Source: Alphaproteobacteria bacterium (GTDB taxonomy: Bacteria > Pseudomonadota > Alphaproteobacteria > JABAAW01). From it: a stretch of 64,000 nt of DNA. Positions 30,376-37,917 of this stretch are shown piece after piece. Each line of letters starts with the position of its first letter. Position 1 is the stretch's first letter. The notes below the pieces were generated by a model. It searched no databases, was not told where the DNA came from, and saw only the letters and a list, made by a program, of their open reading frames with translations. The stretch covers positions 1,795,912 through 1,859,911 of the forward strand of contig OZ244186.1 of the NCBI GenBank assembly GCA_965216625.1. Direction: 5' to 3'. The position numbers were made by a program, and so were the translations under genes.

Positions 30376-30672
30376 GTGACAACGCGCTCGGAACTTGTTC
30401 GTGCCTTGCATCGCCGTCATCCGCGCGTGCCTTTGCGCGATTTGGACGAGCTCGTCCACGAGCTGTTCGAAGCGCTGGTCGCAGCGTTAGAGCGCGGCGA
30501 GCGTGTCGAGTTACGCGGCTTCGGTATCTTTTCGACAGCGTTGCGCGAGAAAACCCTCGCGCGCAATCCGCGTACAGGCGAGAGGGTGGCACTGCCTCAA
30601 CGGCGTGTGTTACGCTTTCGTTTGGGAGAGGCGTTGCACAAGCGGCTGAATCCTACTCCGTCTCCCTTCTAG
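30376..30672 (+). CDS. ihfB: Integration host factor subunit beta (HU/IHF family)
   Basis: 'TRSELVRALHRR...LFEALVAALERGERVELRGFGIFSTALREKTLARNPRTGERVALPQRRVLRFRLGEAL' is the IHF/HU fold. A probable GTG start is in frame with ORF 30232..30672. Confidence 0.8.
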   Translation: MTTRSELVRALHRRHPRVPLRDLDELVHELFEALVAALERGERVELRGFGIFSTALREKTLARNPRTGERVALPQRRVLRFRLGEALHKRLNPTPSPF

Positions 30673-30688
30673 CCATCCTGTAGTTTCC

Positions 30689-30931
30689 ATGCGTCTTGTC
30701 AAACGTTTCTGCTTTGTGCTTTTAGCTTTCTGCGTCGTTTTGTTTGCGGTGCTGAATCCTCATGCGGTGCGTCTGAACCTTCTGCTCACGCCTGCGGGAT
30801 TTCGTCTGCCGCTATCGCTACTGATAACAGGGGTCTTCTTTGCGGGATTCCTTTTGGGCAGCGGCGCGGGTTTGTTGCGTCGAGGTCGTCGCGCGAAAGA
30901 GCATAAAGAGATTTCGGATTTTTCGGAATAG
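30689..30931 (+). CDS. lapA: LapA-like (DUF1049) inner-membrane protein
   Basis: Two transmembrane segments and a basic C-terminus, located directly downstream of ihfB as in the conserved ihfB-lapA arrangement. Confidence 0.55.
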   Translation: MRLVKRFCFVLLAFCVVLFAVLNPHAVRLNLLLTPAGFRLPLSLLITGVFFAGFLLGSGAGLLRRGRRAKEHKEISDFSE

Positions 30932-30933
30932 CC

Positions 30934-31944
30934 GTGAGCTCGAAAGAAAAGCGTGCCTTGCTGTTGTGCGGGCATGGCAGCAGGGATGCGGGGGCGGTAG
31001 AAGAGTTCGGCGTGTTGGCGTCCAAGATGCGAGCGTGCGCTTTAACCGCTCCTTTTTTTTATGAGGGTTTTGGCTACGGATTTTTAGAGTTCGCTCGTCC
31101 TACTTTGGGCGAGGCTTTGGATGCGTTGCGCGCACAGGGGGTGAGCAGCGTCGATGCGTTGCCTGGGATGTTGTTGGCGGCGGGGCATGCGAAGAACGAC
31201 ATTCCTGCCTTGTTGCGCGCGTATGAAAAAAAGCATGGAATTTCCATTCGCTACGGGAGACCTTTGGGGTTGGATGCGCGCATGCTTGCGGCGGCGGCGT
31301 TACGGGTTCGCGAGGCTTTGGCGCGAGCGGGGGCGGACAGCCGAGAGGCTCGGCATGAGACATTGTTGGTGGTGGTTGGTCGAGGTTCTTCTGACCCCGA
31401 TGCGAACGGCGATGTGGCGAAGGTGATGCGGGTATTGTGGGAGGCGTTGGGCTTTGGATGGGGGATGGTTGCTTATTCGGGAGTGACTTTTCCTCTAGTT
31501 GCGCCATCGTTGGAGCGTGCTGCGAAGTTGGGTTTCGGGCGCGTAGTTGTTTTTCCGTACTTTTTGTTTCGTGGCATTTTGATCGATCGAATTTATCGAG
31601 CGGTAGATGAGGCGGCGGAAAAGTTTTCTTCGCTGGACTTTGTGAAGGCGGGATATTTGGATTGTCAGGAGGATGTTCTCGACACCTTTTTTGCGAGAGC
31701 CGAGCAGATCGAGACGGGAGACGGAGCGATGATGAACTGCGGATTATGTAAGTATCGTGAGGCGGTGGTGGGCTTCGAGGCGGAGCGCGGCGCAGCGCAG
31801 GAGAGCCATCATCATCATGTCGAGGGAATCGGCGTGGGGGAGGAGGTGCTAGAAAAATCGCATTCTCACGATCACTCTCATACGCATGCGCCGTATCCGC
31901 AAGCGGATCATCCTTTGGGGGCGAAGACTTTGGAGGGGGGTTGA
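30934..31944 (+). CDS. cbiX: Sirohydrochlorin cobaltochelatase CbiX (long form) with a His-rich C-terminal tail
   Basis: There are two CbiX half-domains ('LLLCGHGSRD', 'LLVVVGRGSSDPDAN') and a C-terminal 'HHHHVEG...HSHDHSHTHAP' tail, a metal-binding extension known in CbiXL. Confidence 0.8.
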   Translation: MSSKEKRALLLCGHGSRDAGAVEEFGVLASKMRACALTAPFFYEGFGYGFLEFARPTLGEALDALRAQGVSSVDALPGMLLAAGHAKNDIPALLRAYEKKHGISIRYGRPLGLDARMLAAAALRVREALARAGADSREARHETLLVVVGRGSSDPDANGDVAKVMRVLWEALGFGWGMVAYSGVTFPLVAPSLERAAKLGFGRVVVFPYFLFRGILIDRIYRAVDEAAEKFSSLDFVKAGYLDCQEDVLDTFFARAEQIETGDGAMMNCGLCKYREAVVGFEAERGAAQESHHHHVEGIGVGEEVLEKSHSHDHSHTHAPYPQADHPLGAKTLEGG

Positions 31945-31950
31945 GGGGAG

Positions 31951-32520
31951 ATGTTTCGGGTTGTTTTCTTGTTTGTGTATGTATTTGTGTTGGCGTTTGT
32001 TGTTGCGGGCTGTAGCGAGGAGACGGGGGATAGGAGGGGGAGCAATAAAAATGGAGATAGAAAAAATGGAGATGCGTTTTTGGTGGGGATTGCGGAGGTA
32101 AGGGATGGAGATTCGTTAATTGTTGGGGGTGAGGAGGTAAGGTTATTGGGGATTGATGCTCCTGAGTATGATCAGGAGTGCGGGGAGACGGGGGTAGAAA
32201 ATGGGATTTGGCGATGCGGGGAGGTTGCGAAGGGGATGTTGGAGGAGATGGTAAAGGGGGTTGAGGTAAGGTGTGCGATGTTGTTTCGGGATGCGCATGA
32301 GCGGTGGTTGTCTCGGTGTTTTATTGGGGGACGGGGTAGAGGGGAGAGGGGTAAGGATTTGGCGAGGGGGATGGTTGCGGGGGGGATGGTTGTTGCGATG
32401 GGGAGGGAGTATCGGGCGTTGATGCGGGAGGCTCAGGGGGAGAGGCGGGGTATTTGGGGAGGCTGTTTAGAGAAGCCTGACAAATGGAGGAAGGGAAGAA
32501 GAAATTGTTGGCATCGGTGA
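31951..32520 (+). CDS. Thermonuclease (staphylococcal-nuclease-like) lipoprotein
   Basis: A signal peptide plus lipobox 'VVAGCS' precedes the SNase core 'VRDGDSLIV...VRLLGIDAPEYDQECGE...A'. The coding strand is extremely GT-rich and C-poor. Confidence 0.75.
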   Translation: MFRVVFLFVYVFVLAFVVAGCSEETGDRRGSNKNGDRKNGDAFLVGIAEVRDGDSLIVGGEEVRLLGIDAPEYDQECGETGVENGIWRCGEVAKGMLEEMVKGVEVRCAMLFRDAHERWLSRCFIGGRGRGERGKDLARGMVAGGMVVAMGREYRALMREAQGERRGIWGGCLEKPDKWRKGRRNCWHR

Positions 32521-32587
32521 GGGAATGTGCTAGAAGCTGTGTAATGGAGAGTAGGGGGTTGGGGCTTTTTTCCGAGAGGAGATTGTC

Positions 32588-33706
32588 ATGGCTGCGAGTG
32601 ATGTTAAATTTGAACGATTCATTTTTGTCGATTGGAGCGCGAGTGCGAAGCCGACAAAAAATAAAAATTCTATTTGGATTGGCTGTTGTCAATCTGATGG
32701 CGAGGAGCGTTCTTTTAATGCAGACTTGACAGGTTATGTAGGGGGCAAGAAGATTGTTGATAATTGGAATAATATTTTAAGAAATTTTCAAAAAAAAGAA
32801 AAATTTCTTAAAAACTCTTTTGTTGCCAATCCTCCGACGCGTAAAGCAGCTTTAGATTTTATTAAACAAATTTTAGAACAAGACAAGAAAAAAACTTTAA
32901 TAGGATTCGATTTTGGATTTGGTTATCCGCATCAAGCATATGGCACTGAAGAAAAAACATTGGGAGGATGCTGGAAATGCTTATGGGAAAAATTAACCTC
33001 TCTTTACTCCGAAGACGATCAAGAGATAGATAACAAAGGTCGCCCTCACTATAAGTTGGTAGACCAATGGAATTCAGGGAAAAAAGGATTGTTTTTTTGG
33101 GGTAAGCCAAATAATATTAAAGGTTCTTTAGATAATGTAAAAACGGTTGAATGTGATGCTAAAGCACGACGAGAAGATGCCAAAGTTGACAATTTTCGTA
33201 TAACGGATAAACGCGTCAGGTGGTCGGGTGTTAAAAGTCTTTGGCAATTGTACGGCGCGGGTTCGGTTGGCAGTCAAACCTTGCTTGGCATTCCTTATGT
33301 AGAAGAATTAAGGCGATGTTTTGGTGAAAAGGTAAGGGTATGGCCGTTTGAAACAAACTTCGGAAAAAACCTTAAGGGTTTTAATATTTTAATTTGTGAG
33401 GTTCACTTTGCTGCTATTGGCAGAGTGCAAGAACGCATAGCGAGAAAAACAGATGCTCTTGAATGCCAGAGCGAAAACCATCAAATTCCGAAGGGTTACC
33501 CTAAAGACAGGATACAAGTTGAGGAGATGTGTCGTTTCTTTGCCGAAGAGGACAAGGATGGAAGTTTGCTACAAAAATTTTTAAAGGTAGATTGCTCTTG
33601 TGTCTCCAAAGATGATAGAATCAAAGCGCAAACAAAGGAAGGGTGGATACTCGGCGCGCCGCTCTGCCTGCAACCTTGTGATCGTCCTCATACAAAAAAG
33701 AATTGA
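32588..33706 (+). CDS. Hypothetical protein on a low-GC (~38%) island; possible RNase H-like fold
   Basis: It is a clean 372-aa ORF in a sharply AT-rich segment. 'FIFVDWSASAKP...SIWIGCC' and 'TLIGFDFGFGYP' resemble the h-h-h-D-x-S...G strand-turn pattern of RuvC/YqgF/DUF429-type RNase H-like proteins, but no confident family assignment could be made from sequence alone. Confidence 0.5.
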   Translation: MAASDVKFERFIFVDWSASAKPTKNKNSIWIGCCQSDGEERSFNADLTGYVGGKKIVDNWNNILRNFQKKEKFLKNSFVANPPTRKAALDFIKQILEQDKKKTLIGFDFGFGYPHQAYGTEEKTLGGCWKCLWEKLTSLYSEDDQEIDNKGRPHYKLVDQWNSGKKGLFFWGKPNNIKGSLDNVKTVECDAKARREDAKVDNFRITDKRVRWSGVKSLWQLYGAGSVGSQTLLGIPYVEELRRCFGEKVRVWPFETNFGKNLKGFNILICEVHFAAIGRVQERIARKTDALECQSENHQIPKGYPKDRIQVEEMCRFFAEEDKDGSLLQKFLKVDCSCVSKDDRIKAQTKEGWILGAPLCLQPCDRPHTKKN

Positions 33707-34273
33707 TAAAAAATAAAAACTTATGCTGTCGCGTGAGCGCGTGCCATTAAAAAGCACAAGCACAAGCGCGAACGCGACAGATATAAATGCGCTTCGTGCG
33801 ATTCTTTTTGTCGCTAGCTTCTAGGCAAAATTAAAAACGCTCTACCATGTTACGAGTCAGCTTGGGGATGAACTCCCCTTGCGCGAGGCAAAGCCTCGCG
33901 CTTTTGAACAAGAGGCGCGCTTCGCGCGATTCTTTTTGTCGCTAGCGCGAGTGAAAACATTGTCGCCCTACCATGCTACGAGTCAGCTTGCGCGTTTCTG
34001 CGAAACGCGCTTTTGAATAAGAGGCTACACACTTTGCGCTTCGCGCAAAGTGTGTAGAAGGCGCTATCGCGCCCCGCTGACGCGGGGTCTTTTGCGAGGG
34101 ATTACTCCCTCGCGCTCCCCGCGTGCTACGCACGCGATGTTTTGCGCCCGTTAATATACAAAGCGCGTGCCATTAAAAAGCACAAGCGCGAACACGACAG
34201 ACAAACAAAAAACGCAAGCAAAGGCAAACACGCACAAGCATAACCCCCGCAATTTTGCTAATATACCCCCATC
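33707..34273. repeat. Mosaic hairpin-repeat array
   Basis: It contains 'cttctaggcaaaattaaaaacgctctaccatgttacgagtcagcttg...' units and the 'ctacacactttgcgcttcgcgcaaagtgtgtag' and 'gcgagggattactccctcgc' modules. Confidence 0.85.
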
Positions 34274-35002
34274 ATGTCCCTAACCCACCCCATCTGCACC
34301 ATCCTCCGTCAAGACTACGCCGCCTTCCTCCACAACCTCCCCCCCTCCTCCGCCGACCTCCTCCTCACCGACCCCCCATACACCATCTCCCGCAAAACAG
34401 GCTTCCAAAAAGTCCGCCAAGGCGTAAAACGCTTCGCACTCTCCATGGACTTCGGCGCATGGGACAAAGAAAATATCAACCTCCATAACCTCTGCCAAGC
34501 CGCACATATAGCACTCCGTAAAGGAGGAACAGCAATCGTTTGGTACGACCTCTGGAAAATCTCCGACCTCAAAGACGCCATGAACAACGCAGGCTTCCGC
34601 ATGCTCCGTCTCATCATCTGGCAGAAAACAAATCCCGTCCCGCTCAATATGAAAAGAACCTACCTCTCCAACAGCCGCGAGATCGCCATCCTCGCCGTCA
34701 AAGGAGGAAAACCCACCTTCAACGACCAATACCACAACGGAATCTACAACCTCCCCATCCCAAGACACCTCGGCAACCGACAACACCCAACACAAAAACC
34801 CCTCTCCCTCTTTACCGAACTCATCGAAAAACACTCCAACAAAGGAGACCTCGTCATCGATCCATTCCTAGGATCAGGAACAACCGCAATCGCAAGCCTA
34901 CAAACAGGACGGAAATTTCAAGGCTGCGACATAAATAAAACCTATACCCAAATAGCCCAAAAAAGAGCCGAGCAATGCATACAAAATCTCAAATCTTTAT
35001 AG
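34274..35002 (+). CDS. Compact beta-class DNA N6-adenine (amino) methyltransferase, apparently an orphan
   Basis: Motif IV 'LLLTDPPY' precedes motif I 'VIDPFLGSGTTAIAS', which is the beta-class order. At 242 aa it lacks the CcrM C-terminal domain. Its coding strand is CA-rich and G-poor, unlike its neighbours. Confidence 0.85.
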   Translation: MSLTHPICTILRQDYAAFLHNLPPSSADLLLTDPPYTISRKTGFQKVRQGVKRFALSMDFGAWDKENINLHNLCQAAHIALRKGGTAIVWYDLWKISDLKDAMNNAGFRMLRLIIWQKTNPVPLNMKRTYLSNSREIAILAVKGGKPTFNDQYHNGIYNLPIPRHLGNRQHPTQKPLSLFTELIEKHSNKGDLVIDPFLGSGTTAIASLQTGRKFQGCDINKTYTQIAQKRAEQCIQNLKSL

Positions 35003-35040
35003 CAATCCGCATGCATGCAAAAAAACGCTATGCTTAATCC

Positions 35041-35775
35041 ATGCCTCCTCCTCGCCCTACTCCCTTGCCTACTTCCTTGCCTACTTCCTTGCCCCCCTAT
35101 CCGCAAGAGTATCCCAAAGAGCCGTCCGCCATCACACGCCTCTCGTTTGCGCGCGTCCGTGAAATCTGTCCCGATCTGAAAACCCTCCCCGCCGCCCTGC
35201 AACCCCTCGCCGTGCGCATGATCCACGCCTGCGGCAATCCCGAAATCTTACCCCTCATCCGCGCCTCAAAAGACTTTCCGCAATCTATTCTCGACGCTCT
35301 CTCCGATACCCCCATCGAGAAAATTCCCGTCCTCTGCGACTCCGCCATGCTACGCATAGCCATAGAAAAATACGCGCCCCACGCACAATGCCTCATCCAC
35401 CACCCCTCGATCCAACAGCGCGCGAGCAAACACAACATCACAAAAGCCATGGCAGCCATCGACCAATACTGCGAAAACAACGATGCCCGACAAAATAATG
35501 TTGTAGCCAAAACGCTTTTTCTGTTCGGCGCAGCGCCAACAGCACTCCTGCGCCTGCTAGAGCATGTCCGAGAACAACGCTGCCCGAAACCCAAAGCCAT
35601 CTTCGCATTTCCCGTAGGATTTGTCTCGGCAGTCGAATCGAAACAAGCCCTGCTGGAAACGCTGGAACACTATCCCTTTCCCGCCATCACCCTGCTCGGC
35701 AGATTGGGAGGCAGCGCCATCGCCGCCGCCGCCTTCAACGCAACCTTTGAAAAACTCCAACATCGAAAAGCATGA
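35041..35775 (+). CDS. cobH: Precorrin-8X methylmutase (CobH/CbiC)
   Basis: 'ITRLSFARVREI...MIHACGNPEIL...IPVLCDSAMLRIAI...LFLFGAAPTALLRL...ITLLGRLGGSAIAAAAFNA' matches CobH. The Pro-rich N-terminal 25 aa may not be translated, so the start is uncertain. Confidence 0.8.
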   Translation: MPPPRPTPLPTSLPTSLPPYPQEYPKEPSAITRLSFARVREICPDLKTLPAALQPLAVRMIHACGNPEILPLIRASKDFPQSILDALSDTPIEKIPVLCDSAMLRIAIEKYAPHAQCLIHHPSIQQRASKHNITKAMAAIDQYCENNDARQNNVVAKTLFLFGAAPTALLRLLEHVREQRCPKPKAIFAFPVGFVSAVESKQALLETLEHYPFPAITLLGRLGGSAIAAAAFNATFEKLQHRKA

Positions 35776-37190
35776 CCGCAACAAACAAGACGCAAAACAC
35801 GACAGAAGAATTCACCAAGGGATTCACATGGCTCTCGGTTGTCGGCATCGGCGAGGAAGGCTTTGAGGCTCTACTGCCCGAAGCGCGCATGCTTTGCGAA
35901 GGAGCGCGACATATTCTCGGCGCGCCAAGACACATCGCAAGCCTGCCGCAAAACCTGCAAGCCCGTGCGGAGGCTTGGCTCAGTCCGTTTAGAGAAAACC
36001 TGACAAAACTCGACGCACTGCAAAAGACAACCCAAACAACCTCCGCTCTGCCTGCCTCTATTGTTCCGCCCGTCTGTGTTTTGGCGACGGGGGATCCTCT
36101 GAGTTATGGAGTGGGAGCGACCTTGCTCAGACGCTACGGCAAAACTTTGCGTATCGTGCCTTGGCGAGGCAGCTTTTCGCTTGCGGCGGCAGCGATGGGT
36201 TGGGCGCACGATTCTTTTTCTACGCTCTCGCTGCACGGGCGACCGCTCGGATTGCTGCAACGCAGCCTTGCGCCGTGCGCGCGCCTGCTCGTCATGCTTT
36301 CGGGTGCGAGCGACACGCAACGCATCGCCGAGCTGTTGTGCGCCGAAAATTTGGAGGCTTCTGCCATGACCATCTTGAGCAAGTTGGGAGGCTCCGACGA
36401 GTCGATCGTCCGCTCAACGGCGATGCGTCTGCGCGTCGGGCTTGCGCAAGGCGAGCGTTCCGATCTTGCTTCCGATCTTTTTTCTGATCTTGCGATTCTC
36501 GCCTTGGAGCTCCCCGCCAATCCTTCTGAGCAAGTTTCCGCCTCTCCCCGCGTCTTCGGACAGAGGCTCGCGTTGCCCGACGAGGCATTTGCTCACGACG
36601 GGCAGCTGACGAAGAGGCATGCGCGCGCGCTCACGCTGGCGGCACTTGTCGTACAGCGCGACGCCTTGTTGTGGGATTTGGGCGCGGGTGCGGGTTCGGT
36701 CGCCATCGAGTGGTGCTTGGCAGGAGGACGCGCTTGCGCCGTCGAGCGCGATGCGCGTCGCGTTGCACTCATCGAAAAAAACCGCGCGCGCTTCGCCCTC
36801 GAAGACCGCTTAGAGATTGTCCATGCAACCGCACAAAAATTTGTTCAAAAATTAGTGCGAGAATTCATAAAAGAGTTCGCCCTTCGCGCTGCAGAATTGC
36901 AAGAAAAAAAGAATAGGGAGAGAAAGGAAATAGCCCCGCGCCCGCAAGCGATCTTCATCGGGGGTGGGCTCAACAAGATTTTGTTGGAGCAACTGCTTAT
37001 TCTGCTCTCGCCAAAGGGCAGAATTGTTGCCAACGCCGTCTCGCTTGCGGGGGAAGGCGTGTTGCTTGAGGCATACCGAAAGTACGGCGGCGAGCTTGTG
37101 CGCATCGCCATCGCTCAGGCGCAACCGCTGGGAGAGACGCAAGCCTTCTCGCCGCAGCGATGCGTCACGCAGTATGTTCTTGGTGCCTGA
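35772..37190 (+). CDS. cobL: Precorrin-6Y C5,15-methyltransferase (decarboxylating) CobL (CbiE+CbiT fusion)
   Basis: An N-terminal CbiE tetrapyrrole-methylase fold ('LSVVGIGEEG') is followed by a C-terminal CbiT SAM-methyltransferase ('LWDLGAGAGSVAIE'). The ATGA overlap with cobH is consistent with translational coupling. Confidence 0.85.
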   Translation: MTATNKTQNTTEEFTKGFTWLSVVGIGEEGFEALLPEARMLCEGARHILGAPRHIASLPQNLQARAEAWLSPFRENLTKLDALQKTTQTTSALPASIVPPVCVLATGDPLSYGVGATLLRRYGKTLRIVPWRGSFSLAAAAMGWAHDSFSTLSLHGRPLGLLQRSLAPCARLLVMLSGASDTQRIAELLCAENLEASAMTILSKLGGSDESIVRSTAMRLRVGLAQGERSDLASDLFSDLAILALELPANPSEQVSASPRVFGQRLALPDEAFAHDGQLTKRHARALTLAALVVQRDALLWDLGAGAGSVAIEWCLAGGRACAVERDARRVALIEKNRARFALEDRLEIVHATAQKFVQKLVREFIKEFALRAAELQEKKNRERKEIAPRPQAIFIGGGLNKILLEQLLILLSPKGRIVANAVSLAGEGVLLEAYRKYGGELVRIAIAQAQPLGETQAFSPQRCVTQYVLGA

Positions 37191-37194
37191 CAAA

Positions 37195-37917
37195 ATGGCG
37201 CGCCTTTACGGGCTGGGCATAGGTCCTGGTGCGTCGGACTTGATCACCTTGCGCGCGCGTGCTGTCCTCAAGCGAGCGTCGGTTCTCGCCTATCCTTGTC
37301 CGCCGAACTCGGAATCGTTGGCACGGCGAATAGCAGCGCCTCATCTGCGTCGAGATTTTTTTTGGCGGCGAAGGGTGGAACTGCCAATTGCCATGACGCT
37401 CGACGCGCGGAAATTTCCCGACCACGCCGTCTATGCGCGCGCCGCGCGTGATATCGAGAGGTTTGTGCGCGCGGGTTGTTCGGTCGCCTATCTTTGCGAG
37501 GGAGACGCTACGCTCTACGGCTCGTTCCTCTACCTGCTACCGCACCTGCGCGATGTGTCGGTAGAGATTGTCCCCGGCGTCTCTGCCCCTATGAGCGGTG
37601 CTGCGCTGTTGCAAACGCCGTTGGCGCAAGGCAACCAGTGCTTTGCCGTGCTGCCTGCTTCTGCCTCGGCTACCGTCTTGGAAAAAGCTCTCCAAGCGTG
37701 CGACAGCGTCGTCTTTGTCAAGGTCGGAAAGTTTTTCGGCAAAGTCTGCGCCTTGTTGAAAAAGCACCGCCGCTTGTCGGATGCTCGCTATGTCGCTTAC
37801 GCAACCTTTCCCCAACAACACTCTTCTCCGTTGAGCGCGCTAGTGGCAGACGATTCTTTTCGCGCGCCGTATTTTTCCATGATTTTTGTGCCTGCTCTAA
37901 AAAAGAAAAAAGCATGA
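37195..37917 (+). CDS. cobI: Precorrin-2/cobalt-factor-2 C20-methyltransferase (CobI/CbiL)
   Basis: 'MARLYGLGIGPGASDLITLRARAVL...VAYLCEGDATLYGSF...VEIVPGVSA' is the CobI signature. The start was refined within ORF 36964..37917. Confidence 0.8.
   Translation: MARLYGLGIGPGASDLITLRARAVLKRASVLAYPCPPNSESLARRIAAPHLRRDFFWRRRVELPIAMTLDARKFPDHAVYARAARDIERFVRAGCSVAYLCEGDATLYGSFLYLLPHLRDVSVEIVPGVSAPMSGAALLQTPLAQGNQCFAVLPASASATVLEKALQACDSVVFVKVGKFFGKVCALLKKHRRLSDARYVAYATFPQQHSSPLSALVADDSFRAPYFSMIFVPALKKKKA

Noticed and set aside
35041-35115. The proline-rich N-terminus of cobH (MPPPRPTPLPTSLPTSLPPYPQEY) as a real domain
   Set aside because: It is probably untranslated or a low-complexity artefact of the CA-rich patch. 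CobH homology starts at about residue 28. It is kept inside the CDS call only for lack of a clear alternative start.
37476-37913. N-terminal 146 aa of the 792-aa ORF 37476..39854
   Set aside because: It overlaps cobI in another frame. CbiG homology begins at the internal Met (37914), which also gives an ATGA overlap with the cobI stop.
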